A DNA stretch of 57,333 nt, the filler included, from Catajapyx aquilonaris (taxonomy: Eukaryota): the NCBI GenBank assembly GCA_000934665.2. It is 3 parts of 3 records of this genome, joined end to end, with 100 filler letters (N's around TTAATTAATTAA, not from the genome) between each part and the next. Parts side by side here need not be neighbours in the genome. Positions count along the whole stretch, not along the records: positions 19,145 to 38,197 come from JYFJ02006541.1; positions 38,298 to 57,333 come from KZ539552.1; 1 more part is not named here. One strand, written 5' to 3'. The translations under genes and the position numbers were made by a program. Below, piece after piece: positions 37,231-49,862 of the stretch (within the stretch, counting starts at the first letter, position 1; the number at the start of each line of letters is the position of its first letter). The notes beneath the pieces are model-generated. The model had not been told where the DNA came from. It did not search any database and was given only the letters and a program-made list of their open reading frames with translations.

Positions 37231-37842
37231 GATGCACGTTACACGGCAGCTTTGTATCGCTTTTCTGGGAGTCGCTTCGGGTCGAGCGATTCATCGCTGT
37301 CGTGTAACTTGTGCTAAAGCGCTTCAAAACTCGAAGCGACGTTCGCTAGCGCCGAGAGAGGGAGAGACGAGAGAGCAGAGAGGGAGAGAGACGAGAGAGA
37401 CGAGAGAGGGAGAGAGACGAGAGAGGGAGAGAGACGAGAGAGGGAGAGAGACGAGAGAGGGAGAGAGACGAGAGAGGGAGAGAGACAAGAGAGGGAGAGA
37501 GACGAGAGAGAGAGAGACGAGAGAGGGAAAGTACAATCGCTTCAAGGGATTAGAAGCGAGTTAAGCCTGCCGTGTAACTGGACAACCCTTCAAGAGCGTT
37601 CTAAAATATGTTGCCAGCTGTGTCTTTGCAGTACCGGGATCGCAAAAAAAACAACTACGTAACCACTAAATAGGCAACGCTGCTCCCAATCGCTCCCAAC
37701 TCCAGAGGGGGTGGGAATTGGAAGGATGTGGGGGATATTGGCTAAGGAGCTCCAAGGCCTCTCGTGTAACTGCCTACCGAAAGCGATCAGAATTTACGCA
37801 GTTTAAGGGGAAGCGATACAAAACTGCCGTGTAACGTGCCTC
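37231..37842. mobile_element. PIF/Harbinger-type MITE with internal GA-rich repeat
   Basis: TAA|GATGCACGTTACACGGCAG...CTGCCGTGTAACGTGCCTC|TAA. GA/GAC repeat at 37354-37527. Confidence 0.8.
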
Positions 37843-37845
37843 TAA

Positions 37846-37993
37846 GGGCCAGTTGCACCGGCCTCAGTATATCTTAGAACCTCGGGTATAACAAGAATTG
37901 CCATAGCAATCATTGTTGGTCAACAATGATTGCTATGGCAATACTTGTTATACCCGAGGTTCTAAGTTATACTGAGGCCGGTGCAACTGACCC
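37846..37993. mobile_element. PIF/Harbinger-type fold-back MITE
   Basis: TAA|GGGCCAGTTGCACCGG...CCGGTGCAACTGACCC|TAA, near-perfect hairpin. Confidence 0.85.
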
Positions 37994-38197
37994 TAAGAGA
38001 TTTAGGGACGGTTGTATCAACGCGAGTTAAACAGGGAGAAAATCAGAGGTTTTCAGAAAACTGCGACATGCGTTGTATCAACACATCTCAGGACTCAGGT
38101 TAACTTAACCTGTGGTTTGAAAACTCGCGCTATTACCTCAGGGGATCCAGACGTTGCAAGCCAGACCAACTCTTCGCAGGAGAGTCCAGGTCCGCTT

Positions 38198-38297
38198 NNN
38201 NNNNNNNNNNNNNNNNNNNNNNNNNNNNNNNNNNNNNNNNNTTAATTAATTAANNNNNNNNNNNNNNNNNNNNNNNNNNNNNNNNNNNNNNNNNNNN
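38198..38297. other. Assembly gap/linker with six-frame stop TTAATTAATTAA
   Basis: N-run + TTAATTAATTAA (38242-38253) + N-run. Confidence 0.95.
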
Positions 38298-38960
38298 CGT
38301 ATCCAACGCATACATCAAGTTTAGCATTTGCACTTATCCTCTGGGAGTTATGGTAATCCAAGTGACTGCATGCGTTGCAAAAATCCGCATAAATGGGTAG
38401 ATTCCGCACCCTGTAGTTACGCAACCACGCAACGCAGAGGTATAATATTTTGGCTTCCGGCATAGGTCGATGAGTAGTACATGTCATTACAATTTGGTCA
38501 AAGTCCTCGAAGATTTGTCGGAAAGGTGGCCCGCTTGACGTGGAATGCCTCATATATATATATATATATATCACGAGGAGGGGAGTCAAGCAGTTAAAAA
38601 AGCGGCTGACTATAAAGTAGAAAAGGAACTAACAGCTACTATTCAAAGTGTTCAAAAAATTACCTGCTACTACAAGGCACAATGACTACATTCTTTTAAA
38701 CTAGTGAAGGAGGGTCTAGGGTTCTAGGCTGACAAAATTGAGTCCAACCATTGAACTTCCATGCCAGTGAGTAAACAGGTGTCACTTGCAGATGTCTTCA
38801 GCTTGGCCATTCATCATTCAGGGCCTGAATGAATGCTTCTATTCAACCCAATGTTTTACTAGTGCTAATAATTTGGATAACCTCTAAAAGTAACTTGGCA
38901 CCCATAAAATTGCCACTCACTATGCATATTTCAAACCCACTGTAAAATATCCTGACTTAC

Positions 38961-39061
38961 CTCAAGGTCTTCATCTGACAAGGCTGCACACCATGGACTA
39001 TCACTGTATTTATTCCATGCTGTCTCAAAGGCACAGGTCAAGTACAACAGCTCAATCAAAT
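38961..39061 (-). CDS. MINPP1: MINPP1-like histidine phosphatase exon
   Basis: AG/GT boundaries, phase-consistent. Encodes (D)LIELLYLTCAFETAWNKYSDSPWCAALSDEDLE. Confidence 0.85.
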
Positions 39062-39401
39062 CTGAAAAGAAACCATAAAAGCATTTCAATTTCTCTTGCA
39101 GGAAAACTTTACACTGGCCCATATCATGTACACCTGTCCCATGTATGACACTCCACGTAGAAATATTCCTTATATGCTTTCAACAGTTCCCAGTTATGAC
39201 ATGTTTTGTTTATTTGTAGATCCTTTGCAAGTATCCATTTATAATTTGTACAGTTTTTTTGATAATGTGATTACGAGAAATGATATGTTAGAGTAACATG
39301 GTCGAAGATGTCCTCCCCCTCAAACCCTAGCGGATTGTGTGACATAGGTTATCTTGCTAGAAATGAAACTGATATATAAAATCAACACTTGCTATACTTA
39401 C

Positions 39402-39552
39402 CAAAGTGTAACTTTGTAGTAAATCCCAGCCTCTTGTGGATGGCTGCAATAGTCTCTTGCATCTGGTTTGACATTTCAAACAGCCTTCTTTCTTTCCCTG
39501 CCTCCGGGTTCTTGTCCACCTCTAATTTCCAGCGTTTACAATTCTTATAAAA
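39402..39552 (-). CDS. MINPP1: MINPP1-like exon
   Basis: TTTCAG / GTAAGT boundaries. Encodes FYKNCKRWKLEVDKNPEAGKERRLFEMSNQMQETIAAIHKRLGFTTKLHF. Confidence 0.85.
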
Positions 39553-39580
39553 CTGAAACAAAAACCTCTGTTAACACTGA

Positions 39581-39672
39581 TCATAATTGAAGGGTGCAGT
39601 GCAAGAGGGGCATGAGTCAGGTTACTGTCTGTTTGACTCCTGCCCCTCTTGCACTGCACCCTTCAATTATGA
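39581..39672. mobile_element. Small hairpin insertion in a short intron
   Basis: TCATAATTGAAGGGTGCAGTGCAAGAGGGGCA...TGCCCCTCTTGCACTGCACCCTTCAATTATGA. Confidence 0.75.
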
Positions 39673-39692
39673 CTATGACTTGCTGGACTCAC

Positions 39693-39818
39693 TCGTAGTA
39701 CAGGATCTTTTTTTAAGGGTATGGGAAAAAACTGCTGCACTTTCACATGTCGTCCGTATAACCCTATTCCAAAATTCACAGCACTTGCATGTGTTCGTTG
39801 GCTTGCAGTGTGGCGGAT
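39693..39818 (-). CDS. MINPP1: MINPP1-like exon
   Basis: TTTCAG / GTGAGT boundaries, 126 nt. Encodes IRHTASQRTHASAVNFGIGLYGRHVKVQQFFPIPLKKDPVLR, including the conserved RTxxSA motif. Confidence 0.85.
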
Positions 39819-39868
39819 CTGAAACGATCGCAATGTAAAATGGATATGAGAAACAGCTACATTCTTAC

Positions 39869-40047
39869 CTCAATAGCCTGAGGGTTATGCACGTCATCAG
39901 GTAACAATGTATGATATCTAATGTGATAGCGCTCAGCAAGTTCAATCATCTCTTCTTCACCTTCATGGGACAATTTCTTGGAATCATTTCGACTGATTGA
40001 AGGTTTCCATTTCCGTAGCTCATTCAAATCCTTATCACAAAGATGAC
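39869..40047 (-). CDS. MINPP1: MINPP1-like exon
   Basis: TTTTAG / GTAAGA boundaries. Encodes HLCDKDLNELRKWKPSISRNDSKKLSHEGEEEMIELAERYHIRYHTLLPDDVHNPQAIE. Confidence 0.85.
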
Positions 40048-40380
40048 CTAAAAGTGAAAAAGAAATTACTAACCTTGATAAGGAGATGGGTTCATGATGG
40101 AGGAGGAGGAGGAGGGAGCGAATGCATTGTAAAAGTTAATGTTACTCAAACTCTTTAGATCGAGGTCCACTTAGGGAAGGGCACAAGATCCTGTGGTCCC
40201 TTTAGGCCACTTACCCCACATAGCAAATTGTCAGTCGCTAATGAAACTCAAAAATTCAGCTTCTACCTGTTTGCTATGAACCTGGAAGGGCCTAATGCCT
40301 CCCTAATGACACTGGGAGTATTTTGAGAACCATTGGTCTATGTGGCTCAGGAATTGAGAGCAAATTAATGATCTGAAATA

Positions 40381-40765
40381 CAGGGTGGACAAACTTCAAG
40401 TGTCGTTTTATAATGGCGATTAATAGCAGTGATTTTGCGATGACGTAGCAGCGACATGTAAAATGTTCCACTTCAGTGCCATCGAAAATATTAGCTGCCA
40501 ATAGCAGCACACATGTAATCAACCCTGCTGCTGGGTTGACCTGGCAAAAAGGAGGTGCACACATGACCTGCGATGCGCCTGGGTGAAATGGGTGACGCCC
40601 AAGGCACCAGATGGACCTGTAATGCAAGGGGGAAGCCTGCAAACGAAACAGCTAATATTTTCGATGGCGCCGAAGTGGGCAATTTGACACGTCGCTGCTA
40701 CGTCAATCGTAAAGCGCTTCTATTAATAGCTGTTATAAAACGACACTTGAAGTTGGTCCACCCTG
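40381..40765. mobile_element. Tc1/mariner-type MITE
   Basis: TA|CAGGGTGGACAAACTTCAAGTGTCG...CGACACTTGAAGTTGGTCCACCCTG|TA. Confidence 0.85.
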
Positions 40766-41370
40766 TATAGTATTGTTGTCAGTATACCCAGTGTCATTGG
40801 CCTGCCTGTTATGGAGAAGCCATGGAGGGCATATGCTGTGAACAGGAACAAGATAGCCCTCAATGGTCTTCTTTAATTGATTTCTCCCCTATAATCAGAA
40901 GCCAAGTGTTTGAAAGCTAGCATTCTAGAGAAATGAATTGAGATATTTTAATGAAGGTGGTAAAATGAAAAATGTGGGAAGTTGTAATATAAATCCATTT
41001 GAACCTGGAATTGTGAGATGCCTGCAAGGCTTGCAAATAATAGCAAATTTCACGGTTAGCCAATGTTTGAAACAAGGCACTACCAATGGACATTATCCAA
41101 GTGTCACGCATCAATTTTCTTGAAATTTGGTGCATTGGTATCCCACCCCAAGGGATGAAAAATGCACCCTAAAGTTATCAGTTCAAAATGACCCTGTGAC
41201 CCATTTCAGAGGGGGGCAGAGGCCAACACGTAAAATTCCGAAAACTCAAAATCTCCATTTTTGACGGCATCTTCAAGTAAATTTAATGGAAAATCATGAC
41301 CTGGTGCACCACTCGACATGAAATATCGTGAAATGTTCGAAATATCAAGCAGTTTATATACCCAGAATGT

Positions 41371-41709
41371 AGGGAGGCAAAGTGGCGCAATGGTAACGTT
41401 CGCGCCCACGGATGTTAAGGTCCTGGGTTCGATCCCAACCCGGGGACACCCCCTTAATCTCGTGCAGAGTAAAGTGTCGTCACTGACTTCGTCTCGGGTG
41501 CAATTTCCACAGACTAATCCACCCGGGGGAGCTCACAAAACGACCACATGCGGACAAGGCACTGCACTTGCACATCCCCTCCTGTCATCCCTTCCTGCCC
41601 GTGGGCCCGGGCGCTGTATAAATAGGATCCATTTGTACTGACAATTAATAAAGGTCCGGCAAGACCCCAATAGGTGTACGCCTATACCCAATTATTATTA
41701 TTTAAAAAA
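41371..41709 (+). mobile_element. tRNA-derived SINE, family B
   Basis: Close match to the 19468 copy. Flanked by near-identical TATATA(C/T)CCAGAATGT. Confidence 0.9.
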
Positions 41710-42523
41710 TATATATCCAGAATGTGCTGACGACCAAAACGAAAGGCATGCCGAGACTTATTTTGGGAACACTTCATGATGGTGTGAAACCTGTCACAAG
41801 TTTCTGTAATTGAGAGGCTTGGTGGAAGAACCAGGTGGCTCCATTTTGCCAAGTTTTGAGAAAACGGCAAAAATGTGTCTGAAATATTCAGAATTATTCA
41901 CACCAGAATTGTGAAAATAAATACAGATGAACTACTCACAATGGCTCTTAAAATGGCATTAAGTAGTAAGCAGGTAACCAAATAAATATTACCCAAATAA
42001 ATTTTAAAATCGGTGGAGCTAGTGGTGCGCGGCAAAAAAATCTATACTTAAAAACGGTGATTTCATCGGGTGGTAGGGTGTACGTATGGAAGAAACCAGG
42101 AATAGGTCCGAAGGGCCAGCTACAATCCGTTTCCGAGATGTCCATCCTTGAAAGTGTGGATACCTCCGTGCATGATTGCATTGCTGGTTGCCGGAGTCAG
42201 GCGGTTTAGCTACTTTGGGGGGAGCGAGCGCCTGACTCCAGCAACCAGCAATGGAGGCATATGCACACAGTTGCAAGGATGGACATTGTCGATGTCAAAG
42301 GTTGACATCTCATACGTCTCGAGGAAAGCTTGGAGCTACATGATTCTTCGACCAAACTACGGACAGTTTTTTTCTTCATAGGATCCCATGATTAACTCAT
42401 TTTCAATGAAAATTGGAGCTACCTGGTTCTTTCACCAAGCTCCTCAATTGTAGCTTACATTATCTCATATTGTAAGTGACTGAGGCACAAGTTTGAAGTG
42501 TGCCAAGAGATCTCGGCTAGTAA

Positions 42524-42664
42524 AGGCCATTTCACAAAAAATGTCGCGCGGCAAACGGCGCGCGTTGCGGCAAATTTATTATTTATATTTATTATTGCCA
42601 ACAATTGGCAACAATAAATATAAATAAAAAATTTGCCGCGCGACATTTTTTTGTGAAATGGCCT
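42524..42664. mobile_element. PIF/Harbinger-type fold-back MITE
   Basis: TAA|AGGCCATTTCACAAAAA...TTTTTGTGAAATGGCCT|TAA. Confidence 0.85.
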
Positions 42665-42894
42665 TAAGACGAGCGAAGTCATCGCCGAGGCTGAGTAACC
42701 CAAGTAACCAATATTGTTTGAGGCGAAAATCGATTGTTAAGTTCAGCCTTGGTGACGATTTTGCTCCGGTTCACTCGTCAAATCGCTTACATGTAAACAG
42801 CCCTTAAGAACAAAAGAAAATATTTTTGAACTTCCAAAGAATTACATTTTCTCAGGACATATTTGTCAATAAAGCAATCTTTTAAAATTTAATT

Positions 42895-43228
42895 AAAAAC
42901 CCCGTGCTATGGCCAGGACCCCTCTTAGGGGGGTGGAACACCATCATTATTTCCCTTCAGTTTTCCGTATTTTTTTCAAACTCCGTGCAGGGAAGGAAGG
43001 ACATGAAGTAGGGATGGGGATTTTTCAGGGAGGAGACACGGGTACAAGTGCAATGTCGAAAAATGGGTCATGTGCAATCTCCCTGGAGGTTAGGTTGCCA
43101 GACACCTACAAGGCGCCGGTCAGAAACCCTCCTGACGCAGGCGAAAGGGAACTCCCAGGCGGGGTTCGAACCCGGGACCTTTCACTCAGCAAGCCAAGTC
43201 GTTACCAACTCGGCCACCACGCCTCCTG
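42895..43228 (-). mobile_element. tRNA-derived SINE, family A
   Basis: Homologous to 246-597. A-box GTGGCCGAGTTGG, B-box GGTTCGAACCCC. Confidence 0.85.
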
Positions 43229-43386
43229 CCAATATATGACACAAACAAAATGTTTTCATACTGGACAAAACTTTCTTGTGGAACAAAAAAACAATGAGAG
43301 AAAATTGTTAATGACAAAATGAAACAAAACTAAATAAAACATTACAGATCCTGTAGTCACAGCAGTCCCACGCAACTCCTACGATA

Positions 43387-43625
43387 CGGTAGTTTAATTA
43401 CAGAGTCTCTGCCAGCCCTGAAATTTGGCGCTGGCATCGGTCACTGGGGCTACTGGGGGGATCGGGTTTCCAGACTCACTCATGTGGCTGTTACGTGAAT
43501 CTGCAGAATAGGGCTGAGTGTGCTGTACTGAGTATTGACGGTTTGGGTTGGTTCAGAAGGCATCCGCTCAAATTCGCCTGGCAGCCCAATCCCCCCAATG
43601 AGGAGACTCTGTAATTAAACTACCG
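43387..43625. mobile_element. MITE, CGGTAG-ended family
   Basis: CGGTAGTTTAATTACAGAGTCTC...GAGACTCTGTAATTAAACTACCG, related to 25385. Confidence 0.75.
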
Positions 43626-44016
43626 TCACCATAATGATAGGGTGGGAGTTGCATGGGGCTAAGTCACAGTAATAGCCTACACAATGAAAACAAATCACAA
43701 ACTAAAAGTTTAAAGAAAACTCAAAAATGGTCACAAGGTCATTTTGAGCAGGTAACTTTAAGTGCGCTTTTCATCACTTGGGGTGGGCTACCAATGCACC
43801 GAATTTCAAGAAAGTCGGTGATGGACACTTGGATAGTGTCCCTTGTCAGTTTCTTTGGCCAGATATTATCATTATAACATTATCTAGAGAAGAACCATAC
43901 TTGGCCAAGAAATAAAGTTGCCCTCTCCAGCTATATTTTCCGAGAGCTGTGGGCTTTTAAAATAAGGCCATCAATGCTCCATTAGGAAGTCTATAGAAGT
44001 GTGCATATCAACTTAC

Positions 44017-44160
44017 TACGTCCTTGATCATGATTGTCCAGAATTGCTGCCTGTAGCCGAGGTAACTCTGCATTCATGAGATCAATTACTTTTACACTTG
44101 GATATCGGGTTCCATGGCGAAACATCATCCACAGTCTGGCAGGGTCACAATCAACAAAAG
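44017..44160 (-). CDS. MINPP1: MINPP1-like exon with catalytic RHGxRxP motif
   Basis: TTTTCAG / GTAAGT boundaries. Encodes FVDCDPARLWMMFRHGTRYPSVKVIDLMNAELPRLQAAILDNHDQGR. Absent from the ORF track. Confidence 0.9.
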
Positions 44161-44240
44161 CTGAAAATTTTAACTTGCATTAAACTGAGCTCTCTGGCCC
44201 TCTCTTATGTTTATATATGAAATATCAAAATATAAATATA

Positions 44241-44435
44241 CAGGGTGACTCTAAAGTCTGGATACATAGGTAATTATTGGATTGTATTGTTGGTTTCCAG
44301 TTGTGCCAACTCCAAGTGGCAATTGTGCCAACTCATCCTTTACTGACTGTCAACAACCTGCTAGTTGGCACAACATTACTGGAAACCAACAATACAATCC
44401 AACTACCTATGGTTCCAGACTTTAGAGTCACCGTG
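44241..44435. mobile_element. Tc1/mariner-type MITE
   Basis: TA|CAGGGTGACTCTAAAGTCTGGA...TCCAGACTTTAGAGTCACCGTG|TA. Confidence 0.8.
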
Positions 44436-45744
44436 TACATACGCATACAAACACACAGGGTGTTGATATGTCCAAGCAGCTTCTTTTTAAGCTGTCACTT
44501 TTCCAAAGTTATTTTTAGTAATTATTAAAAGTATTAGCTGATAATATTAACCCAAATTGAATCATCCCTTCAGACTCTGAATTTCAATGAATTTCTGATT
44601 GGGACTAGCCCATTTGGAACAATTTATTGGCATAGCAAGCGACTGGTAGAACCCATTTTTGGAGACCAGATCCTCTTGTAAGCTATAACCCCTTCAGCCC
44701 CAGCCACCTGGAATCTACAATGAGAACTCGACTGCACAGTACCAGCTATACCCACCATTGCCTAGTTTTCCGCTTACGCATGCGCTGAAGATATGAACAA
44801 GATAAATCATGAAATACGTTAAAATATACCAAATAACAATTTTGAGAAGGGTGCCAAATGGATTTGCTGAAATCGTCGTACTTTTAGAGAAATAAGTTTT
44901 GGGAGTAATCCGAAGTGACAGGCAAGTCGCACAAAAGTATTAATTGATCAATCAATTTATTTATTTATTTATTTATTTTTGCTACCCCATGATAGAGCCA
45001 GTGGCTCTCTTAGGGGGGTGGGACACCACCATATTTTCTTAGTTATTCAACCTTTCTCACTATACAATACACCATGATCTTTCCAATATTAAGTTACACA
45101 ATAAAACCTATATCTTGCAATTGTTACAAGGCAAGAAGAGAAATGAAGCACTAATAAATCAGTTACCACATTACTTGAATAGGATACACTATCTGCCTTC
45201 AAAAAATATGGGAAAAATAGGGTGAATCATAGAATCAGGTACAAACTACAAAGCATTCTTCCATAGCTAATAGCTCTTCTGCTGTTAAGATCACTCCATG
45301 TCTTGGTGTGTTTTGGATGCTTTTAAGGGACACACTAGAAAAACCCTAGCTACGCTTGCGGTGGACACCGTATTTTTATTCGCTTTAGACTTACAGCCAG
45401 TGATGATGCCCATCCCCCAATGATATGCATACCCCCGACCCCCACCAGTTCCTCCATGCATTCCCATATCCGTGATTCCATACCCTGCGACCCATCTAAA
45501 ATCCCACCTTTGCATTGGATGGGAAATATGCATTTTCCCACCTCAACATACCCATAACTTCTGATTTTTTTTACCCCAAATAATAATTGTATCAATGGAA
45601 ATTCACAACCTCTACCACCTCGAATCACATGCACTCGCACCTGTATCTAAATTATATGCACACATTCCCAGTTTCGACCCTGTTTTTATAGCTGCTCCTA
45701 ACTCTGCTTTATTACAAACGTCCATGGAACTCTGCATTGTTTCT

Positions 45745-45796
<52 letters not shown>

Positions 45797-45797
45797 C
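45745..45797. repeat. (ATC)n microsatellite
   Basis: Read directly from sequence. Confidence 0.95.
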
Positions 45798-46877
45798 GAC
45801 ATTTCCCTATGAGGGGTAGTCATAGAATAGTGTTTCTATTAGATGATTAAAAACTGGTTTCATTTTCACCGACCCTTTCTTTTGACGAACTCAGCCTATC
45901 CCTGAGTTCAGTGTTGAAATTCGAGGCCAATGATGCCTACTCACTCTCCCCGCCAGGGGCACAGGGGTTCCAGTACGGACCTCGTCAAAAACTAATTATT
46001 TTTACTTTATTAAAAAACTTCCATGGAGTTGTCAGGTGGATAACAGCAGATCCCGACAGTAGCGTAGGTTCGGTTTGTTTACCTCTTTCCATCCCTCCCG
46101 CCTGCCACCTTGGCCCCCTCCCTCTCCTCGCTTCTACGCCCACCTGCTGTGAGGTCATGCTGATTTAGAACACAAAGTGTGTGGAGGGAGGACAGGTTGG
46201 GTGTGTGGAGGATGGAAGAAGGGTCGAGGCGTTGTAGCTTGTAGGAGAGGGGATGTTTACTCGTTGCTCTCCAGAAAACTACTGAAGAGTTCATACACCC
46301 ACTGTGCAAGTGGGCCAGTAACAACAATATGTGGCCCGGGCCAATCAGAGGACTCCATCAAGCAACGAAGGAGTAGATTGGTGATGATATGAAAAGGGCT
46401 CTGCTGGTGCTAAGTGATTTGGTTATTGTGCCTGGTGGAATGACAACTTGTAGTCAAACTCCATATTCAACATTACAGTATTTACATTACACGGAAAAAA
46501 TGAAATGGTTTACGATGTAATGGGACCAATGAAGTTCCACACCCAACTGTCAGACTGGTCTAGGACTTGTTCACCTTTTTGCTTACGAAATGGCCCCCCC
46601 TTCGAAATTCTTCTGCCTACGCGCCTGTACAGGACATCATAAAGGGCGAAATTGTCTTAATATGACCTGTCTTGATAGGCCCTCCTACCCTTGCTGCACA
46701 TGTTTATATTTGCGAATATGAACCCTGTGGTACCATATAAAATCTATATATTTTTATCCCGGGGGGNATATAAAATCTATATATTTTTATCCCGGGGGGT
46801 GGGGGGGGGGACCTTCAATGGCCCAGGAAAGGTAAATACTGGACCTTGTCAGAAACTAGTTGAATACCCCTGCATTA

Positions 46878-47568
46878 GGCCATCACCTAGATTTTCACTT
46901 ACACGTACTCTCAAGATAAGGAGAAGATATTTTACAAAATAATAACAGCTATAGGCCTACATACATGTCTATGGAAAATACTATGAATGCGTTTGGAACA
47001 ATTTTCCTCGTCTACAAGTCCCTAAATTAATTTCCAAAAAGATGGCTGTAAAACTCGAAATTCGAGTACCGGTACTTCAGGCTAACTACTTGACTGATTT
47101 AACTATGAAATATGTCAAAATATACGGCATAACAACCTTGAGAATAGTGCCAGACGAATTTGCTGAAATCGTTGTACTTCACGAGAAATAAATGAAATTG
47201 GGATATTTACGAAGTAACAGGAAACAGATGAGAAACAATTTATTTCTCGCGACGTACAACGATTTCAGCAAATTCGTGTGGCACTCTTCTCATTATTGTT
47301 ATTCCGTGTATTTTAACGTATTTCATAATTAAATCAGCCAAGTAGTTGGCCGGAAGTACTCGAAATTTCGAGTTTTACAGCGATATTTTTGGAAATTAAT
47401 TTAGGGACTTCTAGATGAGGAAAATGGTTCCAAACACATGTCATTGTATTTTCCATGGAGGTGTAAGTATAGCTGTTATTTTGTGTAAAATATCTTGTCC
47501 GTATCTTCAGAGTACTAGTAAGTGAAAAACTAGGTGATGGCGAGTATAGCTGGGGGCGAAGGGGTTAA
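46878..47568. mobile_element. Fold-back element with a piggyBac-like right end
   Basis: 46878-47195 is the imperfect reverse complement of 47235-47545. Right end GCGAAGGGG|TTAA. A related left-end fragment lies at 44687-44900. Confidence 0.7.
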
Positions 47569-49862
47569 ATATTTACTTCAATTTGTCTTTATTATGTGCA
47601 TACACATTTCCCAGGATTTCCTTCTGAAACTAGGGAGTGACTTTTCAATAACTCGGTAGTATATTATGTTTCACTAGTGTTCACCTCTCTTTCCCGCAAT
47701 TCAGACTAAAAGTGCAGCCATACCTAGAGCTAAATTAGAGCTTATCTCCATACAAGAGCAGCCAATATTCAATTGAAAAACCTGTCCAATAAGCAAAATA
47801 CGTTTACAAAAAGTGGTAAGTTCCAGGTCGCTACTGGAATTTTGGGATCTTAGTAGCGCATTGATTAATTTACACAACTTTAGCAATGAAACTTAAATTT
47901 TTAACTAATATTAAAGGAAGGGTTCAGTGATTTTGGATGTTGGGCTTCAAAGATCAAGAAAGACTCCCTGATTCCAAAAATGCGGTCGGTTTATAAATCT
48001 GACGCCATATAATAGTGACGCGTAATAGTGACTTTATCAATCCAATCATACGAGAATGTTTTAACAGCAGGTAGTGACAGATGCACAAACATTTTCTGCG
48101 ACTTCTTTCTTGAGTTTCCGCGAAATAAATGGAACTGTCAAAATGCGCTTGATAGTACAGTAGGTAGGGCCCTATCTTAAATTAGGAACGCCTAGGCAGA
48201 CGGAATTAGGAACATGACAACTTTCTGCTGTGGCTGCTGGTTCATATCGACAAGTTGCAGCATGATGTCGATACTATAAAACATGCAAATAAACAGTGTA
48301 AGCAACATCATAGGCTAAAATAAATTCTTGAATAGCATAGCTTAATTGCTGGGAAATGATGGCCAATAATTGCATGCGCTGCAGTCCATCATGCGCTTAG
48401 AAACAAACTGGTGTCACAGGTTGCACAATGCATGGATGTTCGCATCAGTGCTGCCAGCTCACCAATTCCGTCTTTGTGACATTTTACCACTGTCACCTGC
48501 AATTTGCAACATGTTACCACGGAGATAGCATGGTGGTCGGAATTAGGCGCATTGTTGAAATATGAACCCCTTCCCCTATAAATATATTTCCCAAAAAGGT
48601 ATGCTCCCCATTGCAAGATTTGATTTTACAAAAACCAAAATAATGGACCACCTACTGTGGAGAGCATTGAAATTAGATAGAACTGTCCCATTAGCATATT
48701 TCACACACAGCCATTTTTGGCTGCGGAAACCCCATCCCAGCACTAGACATAATTACCAGAAGAGAACAGAGAAGTTGCATTCATATTTCGCACAGCACGA
48801 TAGGGGTTCTTCGTGGCAAACTGGAACTTGCTAATGCTGCTTAGTCTGGTACACTTTCGATCGCAGGCCACCATGTCCCATGATGACACGAGGGTCACCA
48901 AAACAATCGCTGCAACAAGCTGCATTTCGAGCTAAAAATAGAAAACGGAAATGTCAACCTGTACTGTAGATCATAAACTCTCCCTCAATTTTACCTCCCA
49001 GTGGGTGTCTCAAAAACGGCGACCGATGGAAGAGATCATGTCAAGCGGCACGTGGGAACCTCTCTGGTGGGAACATTCCAGAGAATCCAGCCATCTTTCA
49101 TTACTCCATCGACCTTCTAATGGCTCTGCCTCAGACATGCCACCTGATAGAACGAACCTCCGCTAGTACTACGTCCAGCCACCGTCATCCCTGTGCGCTG
49201 GTGCAGCAGAAGCTGGTGGTGTCGCCTGGCGGCCACCGCGCAACTAATTGGTCAGAAGATTAGAGAGCTCTCGCATAATTTCCAAATACACATGCATCCT
49301 CCCCTTAGACCATATATACCAGATATATGGTACTGTATATATGGTCTAAGATCCTCCCTTCCATGGGACACGGAGTGCATGGGAAGGGAGGATGCATGGA
49401 GTTCTGCATCCTGCCGTAGCTGAGCAGCACAAGTTCTCGAAGTTCTGAATCCTGCCGTGGGAGGGCCTAGAGTGCTGTCATCCTACGGCGGGACGCGGAA
49501 CCACGTCCTGGCGAGCTCCAAACAGGCGGACGGTTCCGGCCACTGAGTGGCATGTCTGACTACTTTGTAGTCTCTGCATTACTCTCTCAGCTGTCAGCTG
49601 TTTTACAGCTTCCCTCTTTCTCCGCTACGAAAAGGCGGCGCTGGCCGCAGCTGAGCGTAGTTGAAAGCGGTTCAAAGTTTGAAACTCTACCGCCAAGAAA
49701 TGCAGGCATTAATTAAGGCGAGATCACAAAGAAAATCGCATTTTTGAGAGCTTGATTTACCACTACAGGCAGAAAAGGTAATTGCCGAAGGGCGGCCGCC
49801 CTCTGGGCCATGTAAGGGCGGCCGCGAGTTGCAATAAATAATATTTCTCAAATACAATAATA

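Noticed and set aside
37232..37564. R/E-rich ORF, and the poly-I/poly-M ORFs at 33164, 45595 and 45612
   Set aside because: These are translations of simple repeats.
45120..45370. Possible ancient LINE RT 3' fragment (similarly 51100-51330)
   Set aside because: Only faint motif resemblance, too decayed to support without a profile search.
46736..46800. 31-bp direct repeat around a single N
   Set aside because: Typical unmerged contig overlap at a G-run, so an assembly artefact.
47701..47886. Candidate first exon or signal peptide of MINPP1
   Set aside because: The hydrophobic stretch ends in an in-frame stop, and I found no suitable donor giving a credible exon.
48840..49690. Possible gag/zinc-knuckle relic of an LTR element
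   Set aside because: No intact CCHC motif or termini could be identified.
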